From an uncultured Geobacter sp. (GTDB lineage: Bacteria; Desulfobacterota; Desulfuromonadia; Geobacterales; Geobacteraceae): a stretch of 64,000 nt of DNA. The translations under genes were made by a program, and so were the position numbers. The notes under the pieces were generated by a model. The model saw only the letters and a list, made by a program, of their open reading frames with translations, searched no databases and was not told the origin of the DNA. Below are positions 18,453 through 26,890 of the stretch, in pieces. The stretch is taken from assembly GCA_903925075.1 (NCBI GenBank), contig CAIYDQ010000015.1:33-64032 (forward strand), written 5' to 3'. Numbering within the stretch: position 1 is the first letter of the stretch; each line of letters begins with the position of its first letter.

Positions 18453-19184
18453 ATGAACGAGACGCAGGGCGGGGCGCATCTGTTGGAGTTGCAGGAAGTC
18501 GACGCCGCCTACGGCCCGGTGCAGGCCTTGAAGCGGGTGTCGCTGCATGTGGACGCGGGCGAGATCGTCACCCTGATCGGGGCCAACGGCGCCGGCAAGT
18601 CCACCCTGCTCGCCACCGTCTTTGGGGAACCGCGCGCCGCCCGTGGCCACATCCGCTTCAACGGGCGCGACATCACCGGCATCGCCACCCATGAGGTGGC
18701 CAAGCTCGGCATCGCGCTGGTTCCCGAGGGGAGGCGCATCTTTTCCGGGATGACGGTGGAGGAGAACCTGCTGATGGGGACCATCTGCATCGGGCCGGCG
18801 CATGTGGAGCCCGATCTGATCAAGGTCTTCGAGATGTTTCCCCGCTTGAAGGAGCGTTTGCGCCAGCGCGCCGGCACCCTGTCCGGGGGGGAGCAGCAGA
18901 TGCTCGCCATCGCCCGGGCGCTGATGGGGCGTCCGGGGCTTTTGCTTTTGGACGAGCCGAGCCTGGGGCTCGCCCCGCTGGTGGTGCGGCAGATTTTCGA
19001 GACCCTGGCCGAGATCGCCGCCGCGGGGACCACCGTGTTCCTGGTGGAGCAAAACGCCAACCACGCCCTGAGGCTGGCCGGCCGCGGCTATGTGCTGGTG
19101 AACGGCGAGATCCGCCTTTCCGGCACCGGCAACGAATTGCTGGCCAACCCCGAAGTGCGCAAGGCGTATCTGGGCGGGCACTGA
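18453..19184 (+). CDS. livF: Branched-chain amino acid ABC transporter ATP-binding protein LivF
   Basis: LLELQEVDAAYGPVQALKRVSL.., GANGAGKST, LSGGEQQMLAIARAL. The start is ambiguous: 18414, 18438 or 18453. Confidence 0.88.
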   Translation: MNETQGGAHLLELQEVDAAYGPVQALKRVSLHVDAGEIVTLIGANGAGKSTLLATVFGEPRAARGHIRFNGRDITGIATHEVAKLGIALVPEGRRIFSGMTVEENLLMGTICIGPAHVEPDLIKVFEMFPRLKERLRQRAGTLSGGEQQMLAIARALMGRPGLLLLDEPSLGLAPLVVRQIFETLAEIAAAGTTVFLVEQNANHALRLAGRGYVLVNGEIRLSGTGNELLANPEVRKAYLGGH

Positions 19185-19204
19185 AAGCGGAAAAACCAAT
19201 CAAG

Positions 19205-19330
19205 CAGTCGATTGCCACAAAAAGGCACAAAACGCACAAAAATAAACCCCGTTTCATCCGTTTCATCCGTGTGAGACGCCTTCGACTTTGCAGTTCTCAG
19301 ACGTGCCTCGGACTTTCTCCGTGGCCAAAG
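19205..19330. repeat. Composite block of short repeats between convergent genes
   Basis: A degenerate (CG to TG) member of the CGCGAAG family at 19211-19243; tandem CCGTTTCAT x2 (19249-19266); and ..CTCGGACTTTCTCCGTGGCC, which resembles the 62011-62040 arm. Confidence 0.6.
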
Positions 19331-19337
19331 GTTTGCT

Positions 19338-20393
19338 TTAGAACTCGATCTGCGGCCTGAGCACGATGGTGATGCCGTTGCGGTCCAGGTAGCGCAGCCT
19401 CCCCTTGTAGAGATCCGGATTTTCCCAGATCAGGCCGACGTCGACGCCGATCGCCTTTTGCCATTTTTTGATCGGATACGACTTGCCGATGATGTACTCC
19501 TGGCGGAGCAGGTTCAATTCCGTTTGCGAAAAATCGAGCCTCATCTGCACGTTGCTGTTGTCGAGCCAGGCGAGGAAGGGGGCGTTGCAGCTCACGTTGT
19601 TGCGCCTGATGCCGATGTAGAGGGCGTTTTGAATCTCCGGGTTGTCATGCAGCTTGGCTCCGATCCGGAAACTCCAGCTCAGGTGCTCGCCGGTGAAGTT
19701 CCGTTCACCCTTGAGTTTCCACTCGATCTCGTAATTGTTGTCGTAGATCAGAGTGTTGCGGCGAATATGCTGGTTGCTGTAGCTGAAAAGATACCCCATG
19801 TATCCCTTATTGGACCCGGCCTGCTTCTCCCCCGGCTTGATGAAATCGACGATGTCTCCGACGAAAAGGGTCGCGGCATAGGGCTCGGGAAAGCCGGTGG
19901 TGATCGACTCGATCAGGTTGAAGTCGTCGCCGATGCGGGCGCTGCGGTAAAAATCCGGGGTGAACTTCTTCAGCGCCACGCCGGCAAGCGGCATCGGGAA
20001 AACGCTGGCTTCCAGCAGCAGGAAGCGCGGATGCAGGGAATTGAAGAACAGATGGCGATACACCTCCTGCTCGGAGGCGGTTCCCAGATTGGGAATGGGG
20101 GCGTTGGTCAGCGGGATCTCCAGGCCGACGCTCGTGTAATAAAGGTCGTAGTCCGGGGCCACGGTGACCCTTGACCACCAGGGACCCGGGCCGGCTGGCG
20201 GCGCGCTCTCCGGCGGGTCCGGATGGCCGCCTCCGGAGTTGACTTCCGAGACCAGGCAGTCGGCCCCGGCCGCCGCGGCAAAGACGGGGGCGCTTTGCAA
20301 GAACAGAGACATGACCGCCGTCAGGAGGCAGAAAGTCGCCCTCCCGACTAAAGCCGGCAAACGGAGATGACGGTTGCAGGCAGCCCTTTTCAT
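19338..20393 (-). CDS. Hypothetical secreted protein, probable outer-membrane beta-barrel
   Basis: Signal peptide ..LFLQSAPVFAAAAG, a Pro/Gly linker, alternating hydrophobic beta-strand pattern, and a C-terminal ..ITIVLRPQIEF ending in Phe. Its ATG at 20393 overlaps the hemerythrin stop (ATGA). Confidence 0.55.
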   Translation of the reverse strand: MKRAACNRHLRLPALVGRATFCLLTAVMSLFLQSAPVFAAAAGADCLVSEVNSGGGHPDPPESAPPAGPGPWWSRVTVAPDYDLYYTSVGLEIPLTNAPIPNLGTASEQEVYRHLFFNSLHPRFLLLEASVFPMPLAGVALKKFTPDFYRSARIGDDFNLIESITTGFPEPYAATLFVGDIVDFIKPGEKQAGSNKGYMGYLFSYSNQHIRRNTLIYDNNYEIEWKLKGERNFTGEHLSWSFRIGAKLHDNPEIQNALYIGIRRNNVSCNAPFLAWLDNSNVQMRLDFSQTELNLLRQEYIIGKSYPIKKWQKAIGVDVGLIWENPDLYKGRLRYLDRNGITIVLRPQIEF

Positions 20394-20803
20394 TTGGCGA
20401 TTACTTGAATCTGCTGGAAAAACGCCTTGTATTCCATGTCGCAGACCTTGATGTGATGGAAGAACCAGCTCAAAAGGTAGTTCCTGATGTCGATGGTCAG
20501 CGCCTCGCCGCTTGACTCGCATTTGCGCTTCAGCTCGTCCAGCTTGGCTATGAACTCGTTGTGCTCCTGAACATGATCGAGCTTGCCGGCGAAATCATGC
20601 TTCTCCAGCAGCTCTTCCTCCTCGCTGAAATGGGTGTCGGCATAGTCGTGCAGCTTTTCGATCATGGGAAGAAGCACTTCGTTTCCCTCGTTGTGCTTGA
20701 CGGCCAGATGCAGTTCGTTGATCACGTCGATCAAAAAACGATGCTGCACGTCCAGGCTTTCTATGCCGATTTCCAGCGCCTCGGTCCATTTTATTACCGA
20801 CAT
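20390..20803 (-). CDS. Bacteriohemerythrin (hemerythrin-like metal-binding protein)
   Basis: MSVIKWTEALEIGIESLDVQHRFLIDVINELH... HFSEEEELLEKHDF... HVQEHNEFI... HIKVCDMEY. These are the iron-ligand His/Glu motifs of the family. Confidence 0.9.
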   Translation of the reverse strand: MSVIKWTEALEIGIESLDVQHRFLIDVINELHLAVKHNEGNEVLLPMIEKLHDYADTHFSEEEELLEKHDFAGKLDHVQEHNEFIAKLDELKRKCESSGEALTIDIRNYLLSWFFHHIKVCDMEYKAFFQQIQVIAK

Positions 20804-20821
20804 GCATTTGCTCCTTTTCCG

Positions 20822-21595
20822 TCAGAGAGTTCTGGTTTCGCCGCCATCCACGTCCAAAATGGCGCCCTGGCAATAACTGGAGGCGGACGAGGCGAGAAAG
20901 GCCACGGCCCTGGCTATTTCCGCGGGGAGTCCGAACCGGTCCACTCCCAATTTGCCGGCCATGCGCTCGGCGGCCTCTTCCGTGGAAATGGCGAGCTGCC
21001 CCGAGAGAGCGTTGATGCGGTTGGTCAATCTGTCGGTGACGATGGCTCCGGGGTTGACGGCATTGATCTTGACCCCCTCCTTGATGCCTCGATCCGCCAG
21101 CACCTTGGTGAAGTTGAGCAGGGCGGCGTTGACGGATCCGCCGATGGCGAATTCGGCGGTCCCGGTGCGCCCGCCCACGCCGATCACGTTGACGATCGCC
21201 CCCTTGGCGGCGACCAAATACGGCCAGGCCGACCGGCAACAGCGCACCGCGCCGTAGAATTTCAGCGCGAAGCCGTCTTGCCAGTCATCCTCCGTCAATT
21301 GCAGAAAATCGCCGCGTTTGGTGGCGCCCGCATTGTTAACCAGCAGATCGACCCCACCGAAACCGGCAACGGCGAAATCCACCAGGCGCCGCGGCGCGTC
21401 CGGCTCGCGCAGATCGACCGGAAAAACCAGGGCCTGCGACGGGCAGGAGCGCGCGACCTCGTCGAGCAACTCAGCTGAGCGGGCCGTAAGCACCAGGCGC
21501 ATCCCCTCGGCGGAGAGCATTTCGGCGATGGCGCGGCCGATGCCGCGGCTGGCGCCGGTAACGATGGCGACCTTGTTTGTTAGCTGCAGATCCAT
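20822..21595 (-). CDS. Short-chain dehydrogenase/reductase (SDR, FabG-like)
   Basis: NKVAIVTGASRGIGRAIAE (TGxxxGxG) and ..NNAG... The family is clear; the substrate is unknown. Confidence 0.85.
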   Translation of the reverse strand: MDLQLTNKVAIVTGASRGIGRAIAEMLSAEGMRLVLTARSAELLDEVARSCPSQALVFPVDLREPDAPRRLVDFAVAGFGGVDLLVNNAGATKRGDFLQLTEDDWQDGFALKFYGAVRCCRSAWPYLVAAKGAIVNVIGVGGRTGTAEFAIGGSVNAALLNFTKVLADRGIKEGVKINAVNPGAIVTDRLTNRINALSGQLAISTEEAAERMAGKLGVDRFGLPAEIARAVAFLASSASSYCQGAILDVDGGETRTL

Positions 21596-21725
21596 GAAAA
21601 ACACCCTCCCAAACCGTCAATAACTTACCGGCAAATGAAGCTAGCAATATCACGGCTGGAGCGAACAGCAAAGCGGAAAAAGCAGCATCGGCATGGTTCG
21701 CTAAAGTGCGGCGGATCGTGCGGCC

Positions 21726-22466
21726 TCAGTCCTTAAAGGCGAGGCCATAGCCGTCTTTCAAAAGCGTCCTTACCCGCTTGAGAAAAAGCAGCCCGGGGTC
21801 GTGTTTGGGAGTGAAATGGTAGGAGGAATCTCGCTCGCGGTAGAGCTTGAAATGCGGGCGCCAGGCGTCCTGATATTCCTGGTGGCCGATCAGGTACTCG
21901 ATGGAGGGGTGGCGCTTTTTGATGCGGCTTACCAGGGCGGCATCGCTTTCCACCTGCGCCTGCGTCAGGTCGGCGGAGCCGGAGCCGACGTTCTCGATGC
22001 CGATCGCCGTGTAGTTGAAGCCGATGGTGTGCCGGCAGATGACGTTTTCCGAGGCGAGTTGGAAGACGGTGCCGTCGCGATCCACCAGGTAATGGGCCGA
22101 GACGTTCACCGCTCCCCCGGAGCTGATGTCCTTGCGGGACTGGGTGTCCAGCAGATCGGGGAGAAAGAAGCGATACGACTCTTCGAAGGTGTGAAAGGCC
22201 GTGTAGTGGAGCACGATCATCTGCGGCTCGCGCAGTTCGCTGCTGTCGAGGCCGTAATGGATCTTGCAGTATTGGGCGGTGAGCCGCAGCCTTTCGCCGT
22301 CGAAGATCTCCCTGACCCGCGCCTGCGAATCGTACCCCTCCGCCAGGGCAAGGCATCGGACAGGCAGGACCAGCGTCAGCATCAAGGCCATCAAGGCAAA
22401 GGCCAGGACGAGCCGCGAGGGTGCTGCGCTCGCTTCTTCAGTGACAGTTTGGGTGGTTCGCAGCAT
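21726..22466 (-). CDS. N-acetylmuramoyl-L-alanine amidase (Amidase_2 / PGRP-AmpD fold), exported
   Basis: ..MIVLHYTAFHTFEES.., ..SAHYLVDRDGTVFQL.., ..HTIGFNYTAIGIENVG.., ..LIGHQEY... An N-terminal hydrophobic segment is present. Confidence 0.8.
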   Translation of the reverse strand: MLRTTQTVTEEASAAPSRLVLAFALMALMLTLVLPVRCLALAEGYDSQARVREIFDGERLRLTAQYCKIHYGLDSSELREPQMIVLHYTAFHTFEESYRFFLPDLLDTQSRKDISSGGAVNVSAHYLVDRDGTVFQLASENVICRHTIGFNYTAIGIENVGSGSADLTQAQVESDAALVSRIKKRHPSIEYLIGHQEYQDAWRPHFKLYRERDSSYHFTPKHDPGLLFLKRVRTLLKDGYGLAFKD

Positions 22467-22562
22467 ATCGCTATCTCCGATTCGCCCCATACTAACACAC
22501 AACGATCCGTAGGGGCGAACCTTGTGTTCGCCCTGTTTTTGATCTTTTTGAAGGCCCGTCGC

Positions 22563-23297
22563 CTAAGCTCCTTTCACCGCCCCGAAGGCGGCGAAGCAGG
22601 AATTCTTGTGCAGCAGCTCCACCTGCCGAAAGCCGACGCGCCGCAGCAGATCGAGCTGCCAGGTGACCGGGCGGGGCGTATCCTCCTTCTCGATATAGGC
22701 GACCACCTGGTCCTTGTAAGCCTCTCCGCCGAGAGCGCAGAGGTAATCATGGTAGCGCTGTTGCATCATCTGCTGAACCGGCGCGGTTTCCTGGGACACC
22801 AGATCGGTGATCCAGACGCTCCCGCCGGGCGCGGTCAGGCTGTAGATCTTGCCGAAAGCGGTTTCCCAGTCCCGATCGTCCCGCAGGTGATGCAGGACCG
22901 CCGCCGCCAGGATCACGTCATATCCCTGTTCCGGCAACTCGATGCCGCGAAAGTCGCCCTGAAAAACCCTGACTGTCCCGGAGGTGGCGCTGCGCACCCG
23001 TTCTTGCGCCCGCTCAAGCATCGGCCGGCTCAGATCGACCAGATCGCAGTCAAAATCTCCCGCGCACTCAAGAAGTTTCAGCGTGTTGTTCCCCGCGCCG
23101 CAGCCGATGTCCAGCACCCGGCGAATAGGGTCGGTGCAGGCCAGAGCCGCGCGGGTAATGAGCTCCATGGCCAAAGGCGCGTCGATGGTGGCGCTTTGCC
23201 CGGTCTGCAGATTGGAGAAGCGCTCTACGTCCGCGTCAAAACGCGCGCGTATCTCGTCAACGGTGGATTTATGGTCAAACGATGCAGGCATTGCCAT
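22563..23297 (-). CDS. Class I SAM-dependent methyltransferase
   Basis: Motif I VLDIGCGAGNNTLKL, followed by ..YDVILAAAVLHHL... Substrate not inferable. Confidence 0.8.
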   Translation of the reverse strand: MAMPASFDHKSTVDEIRARFDADVERFSNLQTGQSATIDAPLAMELITRAALACTDPIRRVLDIGCGAGNNTLKLLECAGDFDCDLVDLSRPMLERAQERVRSATSGTVRVFQGDFRGIELPEQGYDVILAAAVLHHLRDDRDWETAFGKIYSLTAPGGSVWITDLVSQETAPVQQMMQQRYHDYLCALGGEAYKDQVVAYIEKEDTPRPVTWQLDLLRRVGFRQVELLHKNSCFAAFGAVKGA

Positions 23298-23332
23298 CTC
23301 CCTCTCCCGGCATTCTCAAAGCGGCAACTTCC

Positions 23333-24097
23333 TCACTTCGCCTTGGTTCCAGTGAAAACGCCGATCGGCACGCTGTAGACGACCGCGTCGCCCAAGCGGC
23401 GCGCATCGATCCCCAAGCCGTTGCGGCCGATGTCGGCGGTCACCATGGCCCGCAACTTCTCGGTGTCCCCCGGTGCGGGAAAGGAAGCCCGCAATTGCGT
23501 CTCCAACTCGATCTCCACCAGGTAGGCGCTCTGTCGGCAGTCCAAGAGGCCGGATCGCCGGAAAAGACTGGAGAACTCCTCGGTGGTCAGGGCGTGGGTA
23601 TGGGACGGATCGCGCATGATCTCCAGCGCGTCGTAGTCCGCGGATTTGGACGGCTCGATGGCCACGTCGGCCACCAGGATGCGGCCGCCGGGGCGGCAGA
23701 CCCGGATCATCTCCGTCAGCACTTTTTGCGGATCGGGGAAATGGTGCAAACTGTAGCGGGTAATCACCAGCGAAAAGCTGGCGTCGTCGTAGGGAAGCGG
23801 CAGAGCGTCGCCGACGGACCAGGTGAGATTGTCCAGCCCCTGCTCTTTTTGGCGCTTCTCGGCCTGTTCGACCATGGCCGGGGTGATGTCGATGCCGGTG
23901 ACCTGCCGGCAGAGGCGGGCAAACGCGCAGGCGACCAGCCCCGGACCGCAGGCGACGTCGAGCGCGCAGTCCTCTTCGGTCGGCTGCGCCATCTCCACTA
24001 AAAGTTCCAGGGAGTCGAGGTGGCCGGGCACCTGGCTGAAGGGAATCGCCTGTTTGGAAAACTGGTCAACGATTTTTTCTTGATGCGTTCGGCTCAT
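23333..24097 (-). CDS. Class I SAM-dependent methyltransferase (Methyltransf_11/UbiE-like)
   Basis: ALDVACGPGLVACAFA.., ..FSLVITRYSLHHFPDPQKVL.., ..RPGGRILVAD. Confidence 0.8.
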   Translation of the reverse strand: MSRTHQEKIVDQFSKQAIPFSQVPGHLDSLELLVEMAQPTEEDCALDVACGPGLVACAFARLCRQVTGIDITPAMVEQAEKRQKEQGLDNLTWSVGDALPLPYDDASFSLVITRYSLHHFPDPQKVLTEMIRVCRPGGRILVADVAIEPSKSADYDALEIMRDPSHTHALTTEEFSSLFRRSGLLDCRQSAYLVEIELETQLRASFPAPGDTEKLRAMVTADIGRNGLGIDARRLGDAVVYSVPIGVFTGTKAK

Positions 24098-24176
24098 GGT
24101 CGCGCTCCTTGTTCGAAGTTTTTTTATGCGCCCACTATAGCTTGCTTTTTGCTGGCGATCTTTCTATATTCCGACA

Positions 24177-25013
24177 ATGACTGTCGAGAAACTGACAAGA
24201 TTGGCTCCGGTGATGCTCGGCTACCGACTGGACGCCGGCCTGCCGGTCATTCCGCTGGCGGTCGAGGTGAGCCCGCCGCAGATGCAGGCGCGCGAGGTCG
24301 GCTGCGCGGCGGCGCACGCCCATCCGCGCGGGCAACTGATCTACGCCAGCAGCGGCGCCATGCGGGTCGTCTGCGGGCGCGACATCTGGGTGGTGCCGCC
24401 GTCCCAGGCGGTCTGGGTGCCGCCGAACCAGGAGCACGAGGTTTATTTTCCCGGCGACGTCGCCCTCAGGAACCTCTTCGTGGATCCATCCGCCACGGCT
24501 GGGCTGCCGGAGCAGTGCACGGTTTTGAAGGTGACGCCGCTTTTGCGGGAGCTGATCCTGAAAGCGGTGCGGGTTGGGGAAGAGTACCTTCCGGAGAGCG
24601 CAGGTTGGCGGCTGATGCAGGTGATTCTGGACGAGTTGCGCCAAGCCGAGTCGACCCCGCTGCATCTCCCCATGGCGCGGGACGAGCGGGCGATGCGGGT
24701 GATCGAGGCGCTGTTAGCAGATCCCGGGGACATGCGCGAATTGGACGCTTGGGGAACCGTCGCCGGCGCCAGCGGTCGAACTTTGGCGCGGCTGTTCGTT
24801 GCCGAAACCGGGCTGACCTTCGGCAATTGGCGCAAAAGATTGCAGTTGCAGGAAGCGATTCACCGGCTCGACCGGGGGGAGCAGGTAACGCGAGTAGCCT
24901 TCGACTTGGGATACCGGAGCCTGAGCGCCTTCATCGAGATGTTCCGCAGGGAACTTGGCGCCTCGCCCACGCAATACGCCCGGCTGCAGGGCAACGCCCC
25001 TGTAGCCATGTAG
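24177..25013 (+). CDS. AraC family transcriptional regulator with an N-terminal cupin domain
   Basis: Cupin ..HAHPRGQLIYASSGAMRV..VWVPPNQEHEV.. and a C-terminal HTH ..FGNWRKRLQLQEAIHRL..VTRVAFDLGYRSLSAFIEMFRRELGASP. It is divergent from the methyltransferase gene. Confidence 0.88.
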   Translation: MTVEKLTRLAPVMLGYRLDAGLPVIPLAVEVSPPQMQAREVGCAAAHAHPRGQLIYASSGAMRVVCGRDIWVVPPSQAVWVPPNQEHEVYFPGDVALRNLFVDPSATAGLPEQCTVLKVTPLLRELILKAVRVGEEYLPESAGWRLMQVILDELRQAESTPLHLPMARDERAMRVIEALLADPGDMRELDAWGTVAGASGRTLARLFVAETGLTFGNWRKRLQLQEAIHRLDRGEQVTRVAFDLGYRSLSAFIEMFRRELGASPTQYARLQGNAPVAM

Positions 25014-25078
25014 GTCGCGTTGAGGCACGAAACGCGACGTTGCGGCGACGGCGCCGAGGCCGTTTTGCGCTCACGATG
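25010..25078 (-). repeat. REP-like element (single or truncated, opposite orientation)
   Basis: GTAGGTCGCGTTGAGGCACGAAACGCGAC starts inside the araC-family stop codon. A degenerate second arm runs ..CGTTTTGCGCTCACGATG. This marks the left edge of the low-GC island. Confidence 0.7.
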
Positions 25079-25115
25079 TTTTCCCTCTTTGCATCTCCAA
25101 CGTTTTAAGGATGAT

Positions 25116-26543
25116 TTATTCTGGCAACGGGCCATTGGCATCGCTTTTCGGCTTGAGACTCTGAGCCTCCTCCCAGGCCTCGAACACAAACGCGCTGATC
25201 CCGAAGCGGACTGCATTACCCTTGTGTAAATGCTCGAACTCCTCGGCGACAAGATTCATAAACTTGTCCCGATCTTCTTTCGCCACCGACACCGGAATGG
25301 CATTCCTTATGACATCAACTGTGGGGGGATGAAGCCCCGTCACTATGGATTTTATTATCTCGCTCAGCGCCGAACGATAACGTAGACGAAAAGTGTCGGG
25401 GGTGACCATATTCCTCTGCACGGCAAGGTACTGCTGGCAAGAGCGTTCATACGACCAGACGAAGACATCTCTAAGCAATTCGATCCTGTTGATCTCATAG
25501 ATCCCAAGCAATGCGTCAATATATGCGCGCTCCGGAACGTCAACAAAAGACAACGGACAGAGGTTGTGCCGAATCATCGGTATGTTGGCAGCCAGGCGGG
25601 AGACTCTCTTGTTTACATCCTCGAACGGCTGGAGATAGGGAAGATGGACCATTATGAAAAAGGCTTGCTCGAAAGGGTCACGGATTTCCCTGGCCATGGA
25701 CAGCACAGCCTGAAACAACTCCTCAAGGCGTTGAGGCATGGCAATTGGCAGGTAGACGCTACCGCCAATATCAACCGCACGGTTACGGACCCGTCCGCAG
25801 GCGCTCCCATCAGCCAAAAGCCCATCGGAGAGCAAGGCATGTAGGCTAAATAAGGTGTCCTGGGTAAAATCCACGTTGCCCGCATCGTTAACTAAAAATT
25901 CGATAGCAGATTTATGGTTGAGAATCATCTGAGTTTCCAGAGCATCCTTTCCATCCGCAGGCTGGCCCAACTCGATCAGATGCTCAGTATCCAACCGGCT
26001 GTAAGTATTGCCCTCCAAGCGCGATGAGGCCCAAGAGAGGTCTATCAACAAACGATTCATAATGTCATGAGCAAAGGTCCCTGCAAGTCGGTTCCCATCG
26101 GGTGGAGTCCCTATTCTTCGGAGTTGTCCGCACAATTCCGCTGAAAGATATCGAGTCTCGTTGGGATAATAGGACTCGATAAAGGCCTGGTTGTAACCAA
26201 CAGGCTGGCGCAATTGACGTGGCTGTCGGACCTGTTTTTTTATCTCATGGCCTTCTGGTGAAATGGGGACATAGACTTCCGCGCTGATTGACTGCTCCTG
26301 AGCAGCCTGCACCCGGTTGACAGTACCCGTGACAGGTGCAAGCCGGTAGCGCACCGCGCGCGTCTTTCCTTCACTGACCAAAATGCCATCTGCCACGAAT
26401 TGCGCCAAGCGGCGCTGCAAACTGCGGCGACTGAACGCCGTGCCGCACAGAGCGTGAAGAGCGTCGACTTGTATCCCCTCGGCATGGCGCCCGATTTCTT
26501 CCAGCAACTGCCTATCCGCGACCACATCCAATTTTTTAGGCAT
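25116..26543 (-). CDS. Fic/Doc family protein with an N-terminal winged-HTH and a degenerate active-site motif
   Basis: wHTH ..SLQRRLAQFVADGILVSEGKTRAVRYRL... Fic_N/inhibitory-helix-like WASSRLEGNTYS. The core motif reads QPFEDVNKRVSR (25596-25631) where HxFx(D/E)GNGRxxR is expected. Confidence 0.8.
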   Translation of the reverse strand: MPKKLDVVADRQLLEEIGRHAEGIQVDALHALCGTAFSRRSLQRRLAQFVADGILVSEGKTRAVRYRLAPVTGTVNRVQAAQEQSISAEVYVPISPEGHEIKKQVRQPRQLRQPVGYNQAFIESYYPNETRYLSAELCGQLRRIGTPPDGNRLAGTFAHDIMNRLLIDLSWASSRLEGNTYSRLDTEHLIELGQPADGKDALETQMILNHKSAIEFLVNDAGNVDFTQDTLFSLHALLSDGLLADGSACGRVRNRAVDIGGSVYLPIAMPQRLEELFQAVLSMAREIRDPFEQAFFIMVHLPYLQPFEDVNKRVSRLAANIPMIRHNLCPLSFVDVPERAYIDALLGIYEINRIELLRDVFVWSYERSCQQYLAVQRNMVTPDTFRLRYRSALSEIIKSIVTGLHPPTVDVIRNAIPVSVAKEDRDKFMNLVAEEFEHLHKGNAVRFGISAFVFEAWEEAQSLKPKSDANGPLPE

Positions 26544-26567
26544 ATCCCATCTCCGGAGCAAGGATCT

Positions 26568-26650
26568 TAATGGCGCAATAGTGACTTTAATGGCGCGATC
26601 TGTCAAGTATCGCGCCAAAAATAATGGCGCAATAGAATTTATGCGCCAAT
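26568..26650. promoter_or_regulatory. Operator-like array of GGCGC-core repeats immediately upstream of the fic-family gene
   Basis: TAATGGCGCAATA (26568-26580), TAATGGCGCGATC (26588-26600) and TAATGGCGCAATA (26622-26634). There is also a perfect inverted repeat TGGCGCGAT-N9-ATCGCGCCA (26591-26617) and ATGCGCCAAT (26641-26650). Confidence 0.5.
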
Positions 26651-26806
26651 GAGGGATCGGGTCCCAACTTCCAACCACCAGGAGAGAGTCCCAAACAAGA
26701 CGAGAGTAGAACCTAACGTAGTTGATCAGTTGAAGTAAGGAACCTAACGTTGTTTAGTTTCTCAAGTTACTCCAGGAACTCAACAAGTGGGAGGTCGGGC
26801 GAAGCC

Positions 26807-26839
26807 GAGACGCCTGCCGGAGTTGGCGGCAGGCGTCTC
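26807..26839. terminator. Strong 13-bp stem-loop just downstream of the 980-aa gene
   Basis: GAGACGCCTGCCG (26807-26819), a 7-nt loop, then CGGCAGGCGTCTC (26827-26839). There is no U-tract on either strand, so its function as an intrinsic terminator is uncertain. Confidence 0.4.
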
Positions 26840-26890
26840 GATGCGCTCTCAGTGGATGATCAGGCTTACCACCTGTGACCAGGAACCGGC

